64,000 bases of DNA from Octopus bimaculoides (GCF_001194135.2 NC_068981.1:159293077-159357076); one strand, 5' to 3'. Counted from the stretch's first letter, positions 1 to 13,250 are shown. A program made the numbers and translations. Notes: a model not told the origin generated them from the sequence alone.

Positions 1-1311
1 CACACACACACACGTACACAGAGGCAGAGTCATAAAAACTTCAAAGCTACTTTAACAAGCCAAAAAAAGAACCAGCAGATGTCAATAAAAATAAACATTG
101 GTTCGAACAGAGAATAAAAGACTAACTAGGGAGAGATATCGAAGAGTAATTAAACATATTGCTTCTTAGTCGATAGCTTTGTTTTTGTAGTTTAGCAGCT
201 AAAACAACAAGGGGTTATAGAGATCAAAGCGATAATGATTTTAGTGCGGACCATATAAGCGATAAGATCCAAATATATTCCGATGGATCATGTGAGTATT
301 TTTGTTTGTTTTGTTATGGTTTCATAAAATTGAAGTATCATAAAAAAAATAAGCCAAAAAATGAGGGATTTATTGATAATCCTATTAATTCCAGGATGTC
401 TTGGATAAAATGCACTGGCTTTTGGTATCTTTAGCTGCTTTCACTAGAACTTTTTATCTTTTATCTTTTACTGGTTTAAGGCATTGGATTGTGGTCATAC
501 TGGAGCACCGTAAGAAAAATTTTCGTTGAACAAATCTATTCCAGTACTAGAACAACCACATAGAGACTCCTCTCCTTGTCTTGACTGGTAAGCTTTATCA
601 AGAAATGGTGCACTTCATTGGGTCTCTAAGACTGTCTTGGCCGTGGAAACAGCAATTGTACATGTATATGGAGACAAACTACAAATCATTCATTTTGCAG
701 CAGCTCTTATTGACACCCTATTAATGATTCCTCGACAAGCGAAATTTATATATTTTGGAGAAGAGTCTTGTAGAGGGCTTTTTGCCTTTCTCTGTCGCTA
801 TTTGGCATCTGTATTAGTAAGGTTTACTTGAAATTGCAAATAAACCTTCATCATTCAAAATCCGTAAAGAAGTTAAAACCAAGCACCGCAAAAAGTTTTC
901 TAAATTATGCTGGAATAGTATAAATGATAGAACAGTATGAAGTAGATAAAATATTTAAACTAATATTATTCTACTGAATTGATTTTATCAAGCACTAGCC
1001 TGGATTGCCAGGCCGGGTCTTTTGCAAATATGCATAAAATTGTTACAGTATTATTATGTATTAAAACGCGGCGATCAACGAAATTTCTTCCGAGTTTTTG
1101 CGCTCTGAGTTCAAATTCCACTGAGGTCGACTTTGTCTCTCATCTCTTCGGAGTCGATAAGTGCCAGTCGGGCAGTGAGGTCGATGTACTTGACTAGCCG
1201 CTACCTCTCCCAAAATTTCAGGCTTTGTGTCTATAGTAGAAAAAATTATTAAGTATTACAGAGCTCACTGAATGCGGAAAACTGTTTTCATTTATATTAT
1301 ATGCATTAAAC

Positions 1312-1563
1312 CAGTGGTTCTCAATCGAGGTCTATATTACCCTTGGGTGTTCATATATTTCGTTGTTAAAATTTGTGCAATAAGTTGCTTATACTTCTAC
1401 AATACACGAAATATTTTAACAATTTTTTTTATACAATTGCTAATAATATTTCACTATAAAAATATAAGAGGATTTTTTAAAATACTGAATGACTGTGGGG
1501 GGTCCACCCGAGTAAAATAAGAACCAAAAGAGTCCACGGACAAAAAATGGGTGGGAACCACTA
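1312..1563. mobile_element. hAT (Charlie-like) MITE
   Basis: Termini CAGTGGTTCTC / GGGAACCACTA; 8-bp TSD cattaaac / cattagac (7 of 8 match). Confidence 0.75.
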
Positions 1564-1772
1564 CATTAGACAACTCACTGTCGCTTGCATACGCACACAC
1601 ATATATACACACACGCACGCACGCAAGCACGCACGCACACGCGTACATGACAATACCTACCACTTGTAATACAGAACCATGTCTTCTGTAATTCATTGTG
1701 AAAATATAAACAAAAAACTGACGAGCTACTTCATAAATAGCATGACTGACACTCTTTCTAACCTACAACTAT

Positions 1773-2160
1773 CTTTTCTCTCTTACTTGTTTCAGTCATT
1801 AGACTGCGGTCATGCTGGGGCACCACCTTGGGGAATTTTTAGTCGAATGAATCGACCCCAACACTTATTTTTTTAAAGCCTGGTACTTATTCTATCAGTC
1901 TCTTTTGCCGAACTCATAAGGTACGGGGACGTAAATAAAGCAACACCGGTTGCCAAGCAGTGGTGGGGAGATAAATGCACACACACACACACACACATAC
2001 AATGGGCTTCTTCCAACTTCCGTCTACCAAATTCACTCACAAGGTTTTGTTCGGCCTGAGGTTATAGTAGAAGACACTTGCTCAATGTGCTAAGCAGTGG
2101 GACTGAACCTGGAGCCATGTGGTCAGGAAGCATGATTCTTACCACACAATCACGCCTGCG
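1773..2160 (-). mobile_element. SINE family A (tRNA-like head, internal microsatellite, CR1-like tail)
   Basis: A/B-box-like head and central (CA)n; tail ggtggtgccccagcatgaccgcagtctaatgactgaaacaag. Confidence 0.78.
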
Positions 2161-2881
2161 CCTAAAATTAATTATTATTTCGGCACTGGCGCTACATGAC
2201 AATTCAGATGAAGTTGGTAAAATAACAGTACCAGGTTCACTCACCTGAAGATGATTGTAGAGAATACCAATCGAAATGCTAGCTAATAACATTCAATAAG
2301 AGGAAAATAGTCTGAAAAGTAGTCATTCTTTCAGAATGCTTTTCTGTTATAAGCATCTCCCCCCCCCCTTCTCTCTCTCTCTCTCATTCTTCATTATTTG
2401 AAGAATATGATTGACCAAAAAAATAATAGAAACATGATTTGCTCATATATTTTACTGAGTAATGAAAAAATAATTTTCGGCTCAAGGAGTAAACGGAATC
2501 AAGAGGAAGAGATCAGATGACTCAGATGATATCATAGCTCACATTGTATCAGAATGTCTACGTTTAGCTCAGAACGAAAAAAAAGTGTTGATATGGAGAT
2601 ATAACGGCAGGAATCCACTTGAATTTTATGCAATTTTATGAAATTTGGTTTTCGATGCACAGATTATTTTCTTAGGCAATAACATAAAGTACCAGTCAAG
2701 CTCCGTGGTCGATAATAGTCAGTACCCCCCCTCCTTTCAAAACTGCTGGTCTTATGCCTAAATCAAAGCTGGCAGAATCGTTAGCACGCCGAGTGAAATG
2801 CTTAATGGTATTTCGTCTGCCACTACGTTCTGAGTTCAAATTTCGCTGAGGTCGACTTTGCTTTTCATTTTTTCGGGGTCG

Positions 2882-3335
2882 TTGTTTTATTGTTTTCCTC
2901 AACCCTTTCGAGCTATCATGGCGATTGTCAGAGTGGGCTGCATAAATGTTCGCGGCCTGAGGTCACCCTGGAAGCAAGATCACTTGCTCAATGACCTCAG
3001 ATCACTAGGTTTGGATGTGATAGCAGCCAGTGAGACCAGGGTTTTCGACACTCGCAATCTTTTCGACGATTTTGAGAGCTTACGCATCTCTTAGTCGGCA
3101 CAGAATGAGAGGCGGGGTGGCAGTGTTGTTTAAGAAAGGTCTCTATCTTGAAATTCGGACGATCTTCCTGGACCCGGAGGGTAAGCTGGTGATCTTAGGT
3201 GTGAGCCCTGATCGACTTTTTCAAGTTCCACTTGAAAAGGAAAGTGAGGTTAGAGAGGGCCAATAAAACCTTCGTCCTGTCTGTCCTTACATGTTTTTAA
3301 TTTATATTAGCCCTTGTGGCCAATAAAACCAGAAT
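2882..3335 (+). mobile_element. Tx1/L1-type LINE fragment: APE endonuclease start joined to a 3'-end-like segment
   Basis: ATG at 2918, MAIVRVGCINVRGLRS...DVIAASETR; after a frameshift GGVAVLFKKG...DPEGKLVIL. Then two AATAAA signals and an (AATT)n(ATT)n tail. Confidence 0.75.
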
Positions 3336-3361
3336 TAATTAATTAATTAATTAATTAATTA

Positions 3362-3420
<59 letters not shown>
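3335..3420. repeat. (AATT)n(ATT)n microsatellite
   Basis: Direct reading. Confidence 0.95.
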
Positions 3421-3421
<1 letters not shown>

Positions 3422-3424
3422 AAG

Positions 3425-3855
3425 CTGCGACCTGGAAGAATAGTTAGCACGCCGGGCAAAATGCTGAGTGACATTTCGTCTGTCTACACGTTCTGGGGTC
3501 AAATTCCGCCGAGGTCGACTTTACCGTTCATCTTTTTGTGGTCGATAAAATAAATACCTGTTGAACCCTGGGGTCGATGTAATCGACTTACTCCTTCCCT
3601 GAACTTGCTGGCCTTGTGTCAAAATTTGAAATCATTATCATTATTAAGGCGGTGGTTCACAGAATCGCTAGCATGCCGGAAAAAAAAATGCTTTGCGACA
3701 TTTCGCTCGTCTTTACATTTTGAGTTCAAATTCTGCCAAACTTGACTTTGCCTTTCATCCTTTCGGGGTCGATAAAATAAATACCAGTTGAGCACGGGGA
3801 TCGGTGAAATCGACTTCCCCCACCCCTCAAAAACTGCTAGCCCCGTGCCAAAAGT
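3425..3855 (+). mobile_element. Two tandem SINE family B copies (further + copies at 1067-1250 and 2768-2881)
   Basis: ctggcagaatcgttagcacgccgg...gagttcaaattccgccgaggtcgacttt...ggggtcgataaaataaatacc...ccttgtg...aaatttgaaa plus (ATT)n. Confidence 0.78.
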
Positions 3856-4346
3856 ATATTATTGTTGTTGTTGTTGCTGGTTTAGTCACAAGGAAGTGAT
3901 AGTGTCACGACTCTCGAGATTGATACAGTATATATTCAACCGAAGCATGTATGAACCGGCGCCCACAGGAATAAGCATGAGACAAATTTTAGAAGGGTGG
4001 TTTTTCGGAAGAAAGGATTGGATAAAGTGGTTTTGTAGGATCTAGGCGGTGACGAGTAGTTAAAGACAGTGTGTCGAATAGGCTTGAGTGAAATTGGATT
4101 GAAATAAGTAGTTGTAATTCAATTGAATCAGAGAGACACAAGTTGCTATAGTATCAATGTATAGGCAAAGAACAGAGACAACATGTCTACGGGTTAGATG
4201 TTGGCAGTGGAAACCAGCAGTTTTAGTCTAAACAGAAATTTCTACAAATTGCTTAGAGATTTCAAAACAGATAATGAAAATCTTGTGCAAGTCATTACTC
4301 CTACTCCAAAGAAAAGATATTGGTTAGAATTGCTATTCTCTCTCAT

Positions 4347-4414
<68 letters not shown>

Positions 4415-5502
4415 GGATACACACACATACATACACACACATGCATATATACATATACATATANNNNNNNNNNNNNNNNNNNNNNNNNNNNNNNNNNNNN
4501 NNNNNNNNNNNNNNNNNNNNNNNNNNNNNNNNNNNNNNNNNNNNNNNNNNNNNNNNNNNNNNNNNNNNNNNNNNNNNNNNNNNNNNNNNNNNNNNNNNNN
4601 NNNNNNNNNNNNNNNNNNNNNNNNNNNNNNNNNNNNNNNNNNNNNNNNNNNNNNNNNNNNNNNNNNNNNNNNNNNNNNNNNNNNNNNNNNNNNNNNNNNN
4701 NNNNNNNNNNNNNNNNNNNNNNNNNNNNNNNNNNNNNNNNNNNNNNNNNNNNNNNNNNNNNNNNNNNNNNNNNNNNNNNNNNNNNNNNNNNNNNNNNNNN
4801 NNNNNNNNNNNNNNNNNNNNNNNNNNNNNNNNNNNNNNNNNNNNNNNNNNNNNNNNNNNNNNNNNNNNNNNNNNNNNNNNNNNNNNNNNNNNNNNNNNNN
4901 NNNNNNNNNNNNNNNNNNNNNNNNNNNNNNNNNNNNNNNNNNNNNNNNNNNNNNNNNNNNNNNNNNNNNNNNNNNNNNNNNNNNNNNNNNNNNNNNNNNN
5001 NNNNNNNNGAATGCGGTGTAGAGCATTAAGTTGACAAAACTTTTAGAATACGTTATAAGTTATTTATTAAAATTTGAAATGGTAACATTTGCTATATCAC
5101 AGCAGGTAAACAATAATAAATGAAAAAATGTTTACAAGAAACAAATTCAGTTGTGGTATTTGTGATGTAGGAATTGTTTTGTGTATCTATGTGTTTTCGC
5201 GTGTTTGAAAAGACAAAGCGTGTGTGTACAAAAGAACCTTACTTGTATAACAGTTATTGTAGCGATGAGTGCTCTCGGGTTAGTAGTTAGTCAGCAGTCG
5301 TGACGTCTCAATTAGACAGATGATCGTCCTTGCAAAGCGTGTGGGGTCATGCCAGCAACTAACTTTTCTTGGCCAAATATCTCTCTATTTATAACACTTG
5401 GTGGTCACAGCGCTGACAAATAAAGCTATGTCTGGCTAACATATATATGTAATATGTATATGCATATATGTATGTGTGTGTGTGGAGTGGAAAGAGAGGG
5501 AG

Positions 5503-5582
<80 letters not shown>

Positions 5583-6542
5583 TTTCGACTCAAAACTGAA
5601 CCCAAAATCTCTCAGCTCACAACTCGACCTCAGAGGNNNNNNNNNNNNNNNNNNNNNNNNNNNNNNNNNNNNNNNNNNNNNNNNNNNNNNNNNNNNNNNN
5701 NNNNNNNNNNNNNNNNNNNNNNNNNNNNNNNNNNNNNNNNNNNNNNNNNNNNNNNNNNNNNNNNNNNNNNNNNNNNNNNNNNNNNNNNNNNNNNNNNNNN
5801 NNNNNNNNNNNNNNNNNNNNNNNNNNNNNNNNNNNNNNNNNNNNNNNNNNNNNNNNNNNNNNNNNNNNNNNNNNNNNNNNNNNNNNNNNNNNNNNNNNNN
5901 NNNNNNNNNNNNNNNNNNNNNNNNNNNNNNNNNNNNNNNNNNNNNNNNNNNNNNNNNNNNNNNNNNNNNNNNNNNNNNNNNNNNNNNNNNNNNNNNNNNN
6001 NNNNNNNNNNNNNNNNNNNNNNNNNNNNNNNNNNNNNNNNNNNNNNNNNNNNNNNNNNNNNNNNNNNNNNNNNNNNNNNNNNNNNNNNNNNNNNNNNNNN
6101 NNNNNNNNNNNNNNNNNNNNNNNNNNNNNNNNNNNNNNNNNNNNNNNNNNNNNNNNNNNNNNNNNNNNNNNNNNNNNNNNNNNNNNNNNNNNNNNNNNNN
6201 NNNNNNNNNNNNNNNNNNNNNNNNNNNNNNNNNNNNNNNNNNNNNNNNNNNNNNNNNNNNNNNNNNNNNNNNNNNNNNNNNNNNNNNNNNNNNNNNNNNN
6301 NNNNNNNNNNNNNNNNNNNNNNNNNNNNNNNNNNNNNNNNNNNNNNNNNNNNNNNNNNNNNNNNNNNNNNNNNNNNNNNNNNNNNNNNNAACATTTTCCT
6401 TGTCACTCGTTATCTATCGTGAATCCCTTAGTTTTGAATGTGTGGTCTTTTGGTGGGAAAATATACTTTTGACCGTGGGAAACATTTTCCTCTGGGGTCG
6501 AGTTGTGAGCTGAGAGATTTTGGGTTCAGTTTTGAGTCGAAA

Positions 6543-6600
<58 letters not shown>

Positions 6601-8473
6601 CTCCCTCTCTTTCCACTCCACACACACACATACATATATGCATATACATATTACATATATATGTTTTTAAAATATATAGAGATATGTCTGTGTATGTATA
6701 TGTGTGTGTGTTTGTATGTATATGTATACACACACACACATACAAGAATTATCTGCGTTACAGAAATACAAATCCTTTTATGTGTACATAATACATACAT
6801 ACATACATACTTACATACATACAAGAATCCTCAGTGTTACAGAAGTAACGCGTTCGCGAAAACTTGTCGTAGCGTGAAATGCCGTAACATGAAATATTTT
6901 CCCCATTGATTTTCATATCATAAAGTGATGATACATCCTGACTGATTCTTTGCAGAAAAAATAAACGAAACAAAGAACAACGACAACAAACAAGTAGCAT
7001 GGCTTCTTTTATGTATGAAAATAGCTATTTCTAAGCATATACAGTACAATATGTGTACATAAAAACATTTGGAGTGAAATGCGTTAGGGAATAAATAAGA
7101 ATCATTATATCGTAATACAGCACGTTCTCATCACGAAAGATGTTGGTTACTGTGTGAGAGATGGTGGTGGTGGTGGTGGAATGAGAGCTACTGGGAGAAC
7201 TAGAAGGATGAGGGTCACTATCTCCTATCTTATAGTTCATCATCATCATCATCTTCAAAATCTATTTGAAGAGGCGAAGAACTTATCCAGAATTGCTCGA
7301 TATTTATCTTTGTGCAGTTCAATGTAGAAACTGAACTTTAATTTTTATGTTACGTCCACGATTAGCGTTGTTATCAGCAAAAACTTGCAGAACTTCCGCT
7401 ATAAGTTCTCTTTGAATGATATGGATTGAAGTTAGGTGTCACTCATACATAATCACCGAAATCGGAAAATTCGCAAGACCCGACATTTTCCCCACTCATA
7501 ACTTTCTGGAAAATAGGAATTTTTTAATGAAATTTTACACAAATACATTTCAAACGGTGCCGATTACGGTTACGAAGAAATTTGTTGGCAAAAGTTTTGG
7601 AAGGGGGCGGAGGGAGGAGTTTCTGGAAAACGGAATTTCGGATCAAACAGCGCACATAAGTTGAAATTTCTCCGTTTTGACGGAGATTTCTTCCAATGTT
7701 TTTCGCCAAAGTCTTCAGAATGATAGGAGGCATCTTTTCACTAAAAGAAAAAAAAAAAAAGAAAAAAATCTTGAAAAATTGTTTTTTTACTTCCACCACC
7801 CCAGTCCGAAATGATTTTGCTTTTTTTTTCTACGCACTTAAAACCCGTGAGAGAAACATTTTCGGTTTTAAAAAAATATTGTTAATAATTTCAGAGGAAA
7901 ATGTATGATTTAAGGGAGATCTGGCAGTTGTTTCTAGCACATCCCAAACCTCCCACCTTGTTTCTTTCTCACTCACACATCTATTGATATTTTTTCAATA
8001 TTTTTCTCCCTATTAACAAATTTTATGGAATGATAATGTCAACGTAACACACGTGTAGTCCCAGCCGAGCGAGGCCGTGTTATGCGTTTGTGTGTAAGAA
8101 AAAAAAAAACGCCTAAAAACATCTTTAGTGTTCATATTAATCTGTCAAATGTAATCGTTCACGTTATTGTGAATTATTCAGGTTCAAGAGGGGTATCTAG
8201 AATATTTGCTTGTAACTATGTATATTTTTTACCTACAGATTTGAAATTTTGTCAGTGGGCGCTTTATATACCACTGGTTTATAGTTATGTAATTTTAGCT
8301 GATCTTGCTGAGCAAATTTGACTTTTATAGGCGGGCAAATTTAATTAACATGTGTAAAAGCAATAACATTATAAACACTAAAATTCTTAATGCATCTTAC
8401 CTGTTTGATTTGTTACTAAAATTATCCCAGATGGAAACCGACAAAAATTTTGCCACTTTTCAAGATGAGGTAC

Positions 8474-8797
8474 TCTTTTACTTGTTTCAGTCATTTTGAC
8501 TGCGTCCATGCTGGAGCACCGCCTTTAGTCGAGCAAATCGACCCCAGGACTTATTGTTTGGAAGCCTAGTACTTATTCTATCGGTCTATTTTGTCGAACC
8601 GCTAAGTTACGGGACGTAAACACACCACTATCGGTTGTCAAGCGATGCTGGGGGAACAAACACAGACACACANNNNNNNNNNTTTGGTCGGTCCGAGGCT
8701 ATAGTAGAAGACACTTGCCCAAGGTGCCACGCAGTGGGAATGAACCCGGAACCATGTGGTTGGTAAGCAAGCTACTTATCACACAGCCACTCCTGCG
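8474..8797 (-). mobile_element. SINE family A, near full length
   Basis: gcaggagtggctgtgtgataagtagcttgcttaccaaccacatggttccgggttc...ccttgggcaagtgtcttctactatagc; tail ends gactgaaacaagtaaaag. Confidence 0.82.
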
Positions 8798-9480
8798 CGT
8801 ACATTAATTTGATTTGAATTAATTAAAATACAGATATAATCGGTACAAGATTTTATTCTTTCGGTAAATATTTCGTACATCGGTGTGGAATAAATTTTTC
8901 TGCAGTTTTTTTTTTCAGGTGCATTCAACGTATCTGACCTTCAACATTTTAACTGAGCAAGAAGAGGGAAGAACTTCATGCTGCCGCTATTATAGCAGAA
9001 TGGCTAAGAAAAACAGACTACAATTTCTTAGGATAGCATGGAGCATAGTGGGATCATAGGATTGTAATTCATTTCCAATTTATTTATCTCTTTATCATCT
9101 ACTAAAATCTGAGACTAGAAGATTTAGAGTAAAGAGAAAAAGTGAGTTGACAGCTTATGGCTAGCTAATGGTCATAAATATTGTCATAGGTATCCCTTTA
9201 CCCACAAGAGAAAAGAAATAAAACTTTAGAAAGAGTCAATTAGATAGAAATAACTGTCTTTAAAAAAAAAAATTTAAAGAGAAGCAGAATAGGAATTGAT
9301 TTTAATTCATGATGTTAATTACCAGTTAAAGGGGAAATACACTATGAAACTTTAGATGCTATAATGAGATACAGGGAAAATATTAGGGCTCAATAGGGGA
9401 ACATTCATAAGTAATATTATTATGTTGTATAAAAATGAAATAAATTTTTTAAAAATTCAAGAAAAGGACATCATAACCTT

Positions 9481-9692
9481 TTCTACTCTAGGCACAAGGC
9501 CAGAGATTTTGAGAGTGGGGGCCAGTTGATTAAATCGACGATTGTACGAAACTGGTACTTAATTTATCGAATCCTAAAGGATGAATGGCAAAGTCGACGT
9601 CGGCGGAATTTGAACTCAGAACATAAACACATACGAAATACCGCTAAGCATTTCGCCCGGTATGCTAACGTTTCTGCCACATCGCCGCCTTA
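9481..9692 (-). mobile_element. SINE family B, CpG-intact (another - copy at 13470-13648)
   Basis: Reverse-complement match to 3425-3640. Confidence 0.8.
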
Positions 9693-10039
9693 AATAATAT
9701 CATAACCCAAATAGCTAAAAAGTGTGTATGTATCAATTATAAACATTAAAAGGAAGATTACTATTATGTAGAATCAATTTAATACCTCTTCTTTACTTAC
9801 TAAATTAATTAATTATTCAGTGGTTTCTATGAGGTCTAATCAAGCCACTTACATATAGAATATCTAGAAAGGTATACAAACTATCTATAGTATATATATC
9901 TTTCCATATATTCCATATGTAAGTAGCTTGAGTAGTCTTTATAGAAGCCACCAAATAAGCCACTTACATATGGAATATATATATATAAATGAATGTTTAT
10001 GTGTGTGTCTGTGAGTATGCATGTATATATATAAATGAT

Positions 10040-10070
<31 letters not shown>

Positions 10071-10077
10071 ATAATAA

Positions 10078-10775
10078 AATGCAGACGGCTAGCTGGATGG
10101 ATCCTCCTAACTTTCAAAACTAGAGAAAAGGAGACATTGATGGTCCTTTGAAGGACATAGTCCTCAGCCACGTGAACTACAGCTCCCAACTATTTTCACC
10201 ACACAATATAAAATTCACGGCGGAACTCGAAGCAATCCAACAAAGCTACACTAAGAAAATCGTCTCGATGCAACGTATCAGCTACTGGGAAAGTCTGAAA
10301 GAATTAAAACTCTTCTCCCTAGAACGAAAGTGGGAAAGATATGCTGTGATATACATTTGGAAGATCCTGGAAGGTCTTGTACCAAACTTTGGCATTGAAA
10401 GTTACTCAAACTGCAGAACGGGGTGCCACTAGATAGTGCCAAAGATCCCAGCATCGTCATCAAAATACAGGACCAGATACTACAACAACTTGGGCTTCAA
10501 GAGTCCACAGTTCTTCAGCATCCTTCCAAAATGCCTGAGAGACTTGGATGGTGTGGATGTAAGTGTCTTTAAAACAAAACTGGATCTCTTCCTGTCAAGA
10601 GTTCCAGACAAGCCTACCACCTCACGACAGGAAAAACAGATAAGGGCAGCGGCGTCAAACTCTCTCACTGACAAAATGCCACATATCAGAGGAGGTTTCA
10701 AATAATGGTGTACCTCACTCAAGGGTGGTGCCTCAGCATGACCGCAGCTTTGAAGCTGAAACATTTTAAAGAATT
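10078..10775 (+). mobile_element. CR1-clade LINE 3' fragment
   Basis: LSHVNYSSQLFSPH...ELEAIQQSYTKKI...SYWESLKELKLFSLERKWERYAVIYIWKILEGLVPN; ...FKTKLDLFLSRVPD; short 3' UTR ending in a stem-loop before the gap. Confidence 0.85.
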
Positions 10776-11166
10776 NNNNNNNNNNNNNNNNNNNNNNNNN
10801 NNNNNNNNNNNNNNNNNNNNNNNNNNNNNNNNNNNNNNNNNNNNNNNNNNNNNNNNNNNNNNNNNNNNNNNNNNNNNNNNNNNNNNNNNNNNNNNNNNNN
10901 NNNNNNNNNNNNNNNNNNNNNNNNNNNNNNNNNNNNNNNNNNNNNNNNNNNNNNNNNNNNNNNNNNNNNNNNNNNNNNNNNNNNNNNNNNNNNNNNNNNN
11001 NNNNNNNNNNNNNNNNNNNNNNNNNNNNNNNNNNNNNNNNNNNNNNNNNNNNNNNNNNNNNNNNNNNNNNNNNNNNNNNNNNNNNNNNNNNNNNNNNNNN
11101 NNNNNNNNNNNNNNNNNNNNNNNNNNNNNNNNNNNNNNNNNNNNNNNNNNNNNNNNNNNNNNNNNN

Positions 11167-11212
<46 letters not shown>

Positions 11213-11786
11213 TACTCACACACATACACAGAAACTGACACAAAGAAAGAAAGAAAGAAAGAAAGAAAGGAAGAAAGAAAGAAAGAAAGAAAGATATATA
11301 AAATGAGAAACAAAGAAACGAGTGAGTTAGAAACAATAGATGAAATTCGTTGCCAATAAAGAAAAGTCGACTTCGGTTATATAACAAAAGGAACAGGTGT
11401 TGTGTGAATGATACGTCACTTATCTATATGTGTGCGTGTTTGTGTGTTTGTGTATGTGTGTGTGTGAATATGTGTCTATGTGCGTATGCATGTATGTATG
11501 TGTGTATGTATGTATATATGTATGCATGCATGCATGTATGTATGTATATATGTATGCATGTGTAAGTATATGTATACGTGCATAAACACATAATAATATA
11601 AACATAAAAACGCATACATGTATACATACATGTGTGTGCATGTGCATGCGTGCATGTGTGTGTGTGTGTGTGTATGTGTGTGCGTGAGTACTATATATCA
11701 CTGCTAGGTGTGGCATATCAGAATAAAAGGTGGGGTAATGAAGTAATAGATGGTTTTAAGGTCAGAGATTGTTGCAGTGACATCAA

Positions 11787-11887
11787 CTGCAGCAACAGCA
11801 GTAGCAGTTGCAGCAGCAACGGCAGTAGCGGTGGTGGTGGTGGTGGTGGTGGTGGTAGTAGTGGTAGTGATGGTGGTGGTGGTGTGT
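11787..11887. repeat. CAG/GGT-rich low-complexity tract
   Basis: Direct reading; no flanking splice or coding context. Confidence 0.85.
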
Positions 11888-12113
11888 GAAATAAAAAATA
11901 CAACAAATTTATAAAATGAATAGTGAATGTATAAATTAACAATCAGTAATCTAATAGTGTTCACACACATGCATATAAGCATGTATATACACACACATGC
12001 ATATACGCATGTACACATGTATGAAACACTGAAATAATTCATTTGAAAACATAAGGCATGAAAAAATAAACAAAGCGATCTGAAAAAAAATGTAATAAAA
12101 ATAGACAAGTAGG

Positions 12114-12272
12114 AGCAGGAGTGGCTGTATGGTTAAGAAGTTGGCTTCCAACCGTGTGGTCTTGGGTTCAGTCCTACTGCACGGCACCTTGGTCAAGTCT
12201 CTTCTACTATAGCCCCGGGCCGACCAATGCCTTATGAGTGGATTTGGTAGATGGAGACGGAAAAAGACCTGT
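12114..12272 (+). mobile_element. SINE family A head (other heads at 36846-36990 -, 42286-42437 +, 42965-43125 +, 59598-59757 -, 60093-60252 +)
   Basis: tggctgtatggt A-box-like, gggttcagtcc B-box-like, ccttggtcaagtctcttctactatagc core. Confidence 0.75.
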
Positions 12273-13250
12273 TGTGAAACTACCTATCGCCATTAGATAC
12301 AAAACTACTATCGCCATTCTTCTCATTTAAATATAAATAAACGCGAGCATAGCGGAGAACATCTCCTTGTCATCACGTGACTGATCATTATTCGAATCGG
12401 CAACTTCTTCGAACCGTTCCCGCCAGAACGCAAACTGACCAATCACGGCCCCTAATAAGGTCACGTGACAGTGTTTTTCTACTCCCGTCTGGGAGCCCCC
12501 TTAACGCCTTAAATAGAGCAACTCATACCCAGCAAATTTGTCTCGGTCCAGTTTCTCTTAGAGACTGTTCCGTGTACCACACGACAGCAGCAGCAACAAT
12601 CAGCCAGCGNNNNNNNNNNNNNNNNNNNNNNNNNNNNNNNNNNNNNNNNNNNNNNNNNNNNNNNNNNNNNNNNNNNNNNNNNNNNNNNNNNNNNNNNNNN
12701 NNNNNNNNNNNNNNNNNNNNNNNNNNNNNNNNNNNNNNNNNNNNNNNNNNNNNNNNNNNNNNNNNNNNNNNNNNNNNNNNNNNNNNNNNNNNNNNNNNNN
12801 NNCACCACGATATTAAATAGACAAGAGATTTCAGCCTGCGATAAACGTCTGTCCTCAAGGCCCTGGCATCGAAGCCAAAACACAACTAGTGATAAGCTCT
12901 GCCAAACGACGAACGACGAACATCTGTATAACAAGAATCACGGCCCGGCATGGATGCCACGACATCACAACTAGTGATCAGCTCTGCCACACTCAGCCTC
13001 AACTCCCTTTCACATACAGAACTTTTCCTATAGTGTACTATAAGAACTGGTATAATTGCTCACGTGTTATTGACTCTCTTTCCATCTGCTGTAATAACTC
13101 ACATACACATACATGTATCACTCACATACACACTTTTCTTTGTACCTAAGATCATAGAAACGAAAACCTCAGAAAACGACCTTCTCGTTTATTAAACTCC
13201 ATTCGAAATTCCGTACGTCTTCCAACTCTTTCCAATGTAAACTTAGAACA
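12270..13250 (+). promoter_or_regulatory. CpG-rich promoter-like or solo-LTR-like segment
   Basis: CCAAT box (~12439), GTCACGTGAC (~12460), two more CACGTG, a TATA-like ttaaata, a 24-bp direct repeat, TGTT...AACA ends; no TSD found. Confidence 0.4.

Noticed and set aside
5030-5442. CpG-rich segment ending AATAAA...AACA next to (TA)n (LTR-like end)
   Set aside because: The other end is lost in a gap, so no TSD or second terminus can be tested.
4198-6513. Long ORFs in the track (also 10480-11387, 55831-56492, 60186-61355)
   Set aside because: They run through N gaps and dinucleotide repeats; no coding evidence.
5441-6662. Near-identical inverted duplication (5441-5636 versus 6487-6662) around a gap
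   Set aside because: It flanks an N run and differs mainly in microsatellite length; most likely a scaffolding or haplotype artefact.
7430-8090. CpG-rich non-coding element resembling a non-autonomous DNA or rolling-circle transposon
   Set aside because: No termini or TSD could be defined; left unannotated.
11787-11887. Apparent poly-Gly/Ser or poly-Pro ORFs
   Set aside because: Simple-repeat translation only.
12114-12200. tRNA-like A/B boxes in SINE heads
   Set aside because: They are part of multi-copy SINEs and no complete cloverleaf is visible, so no tRNA genes were called.
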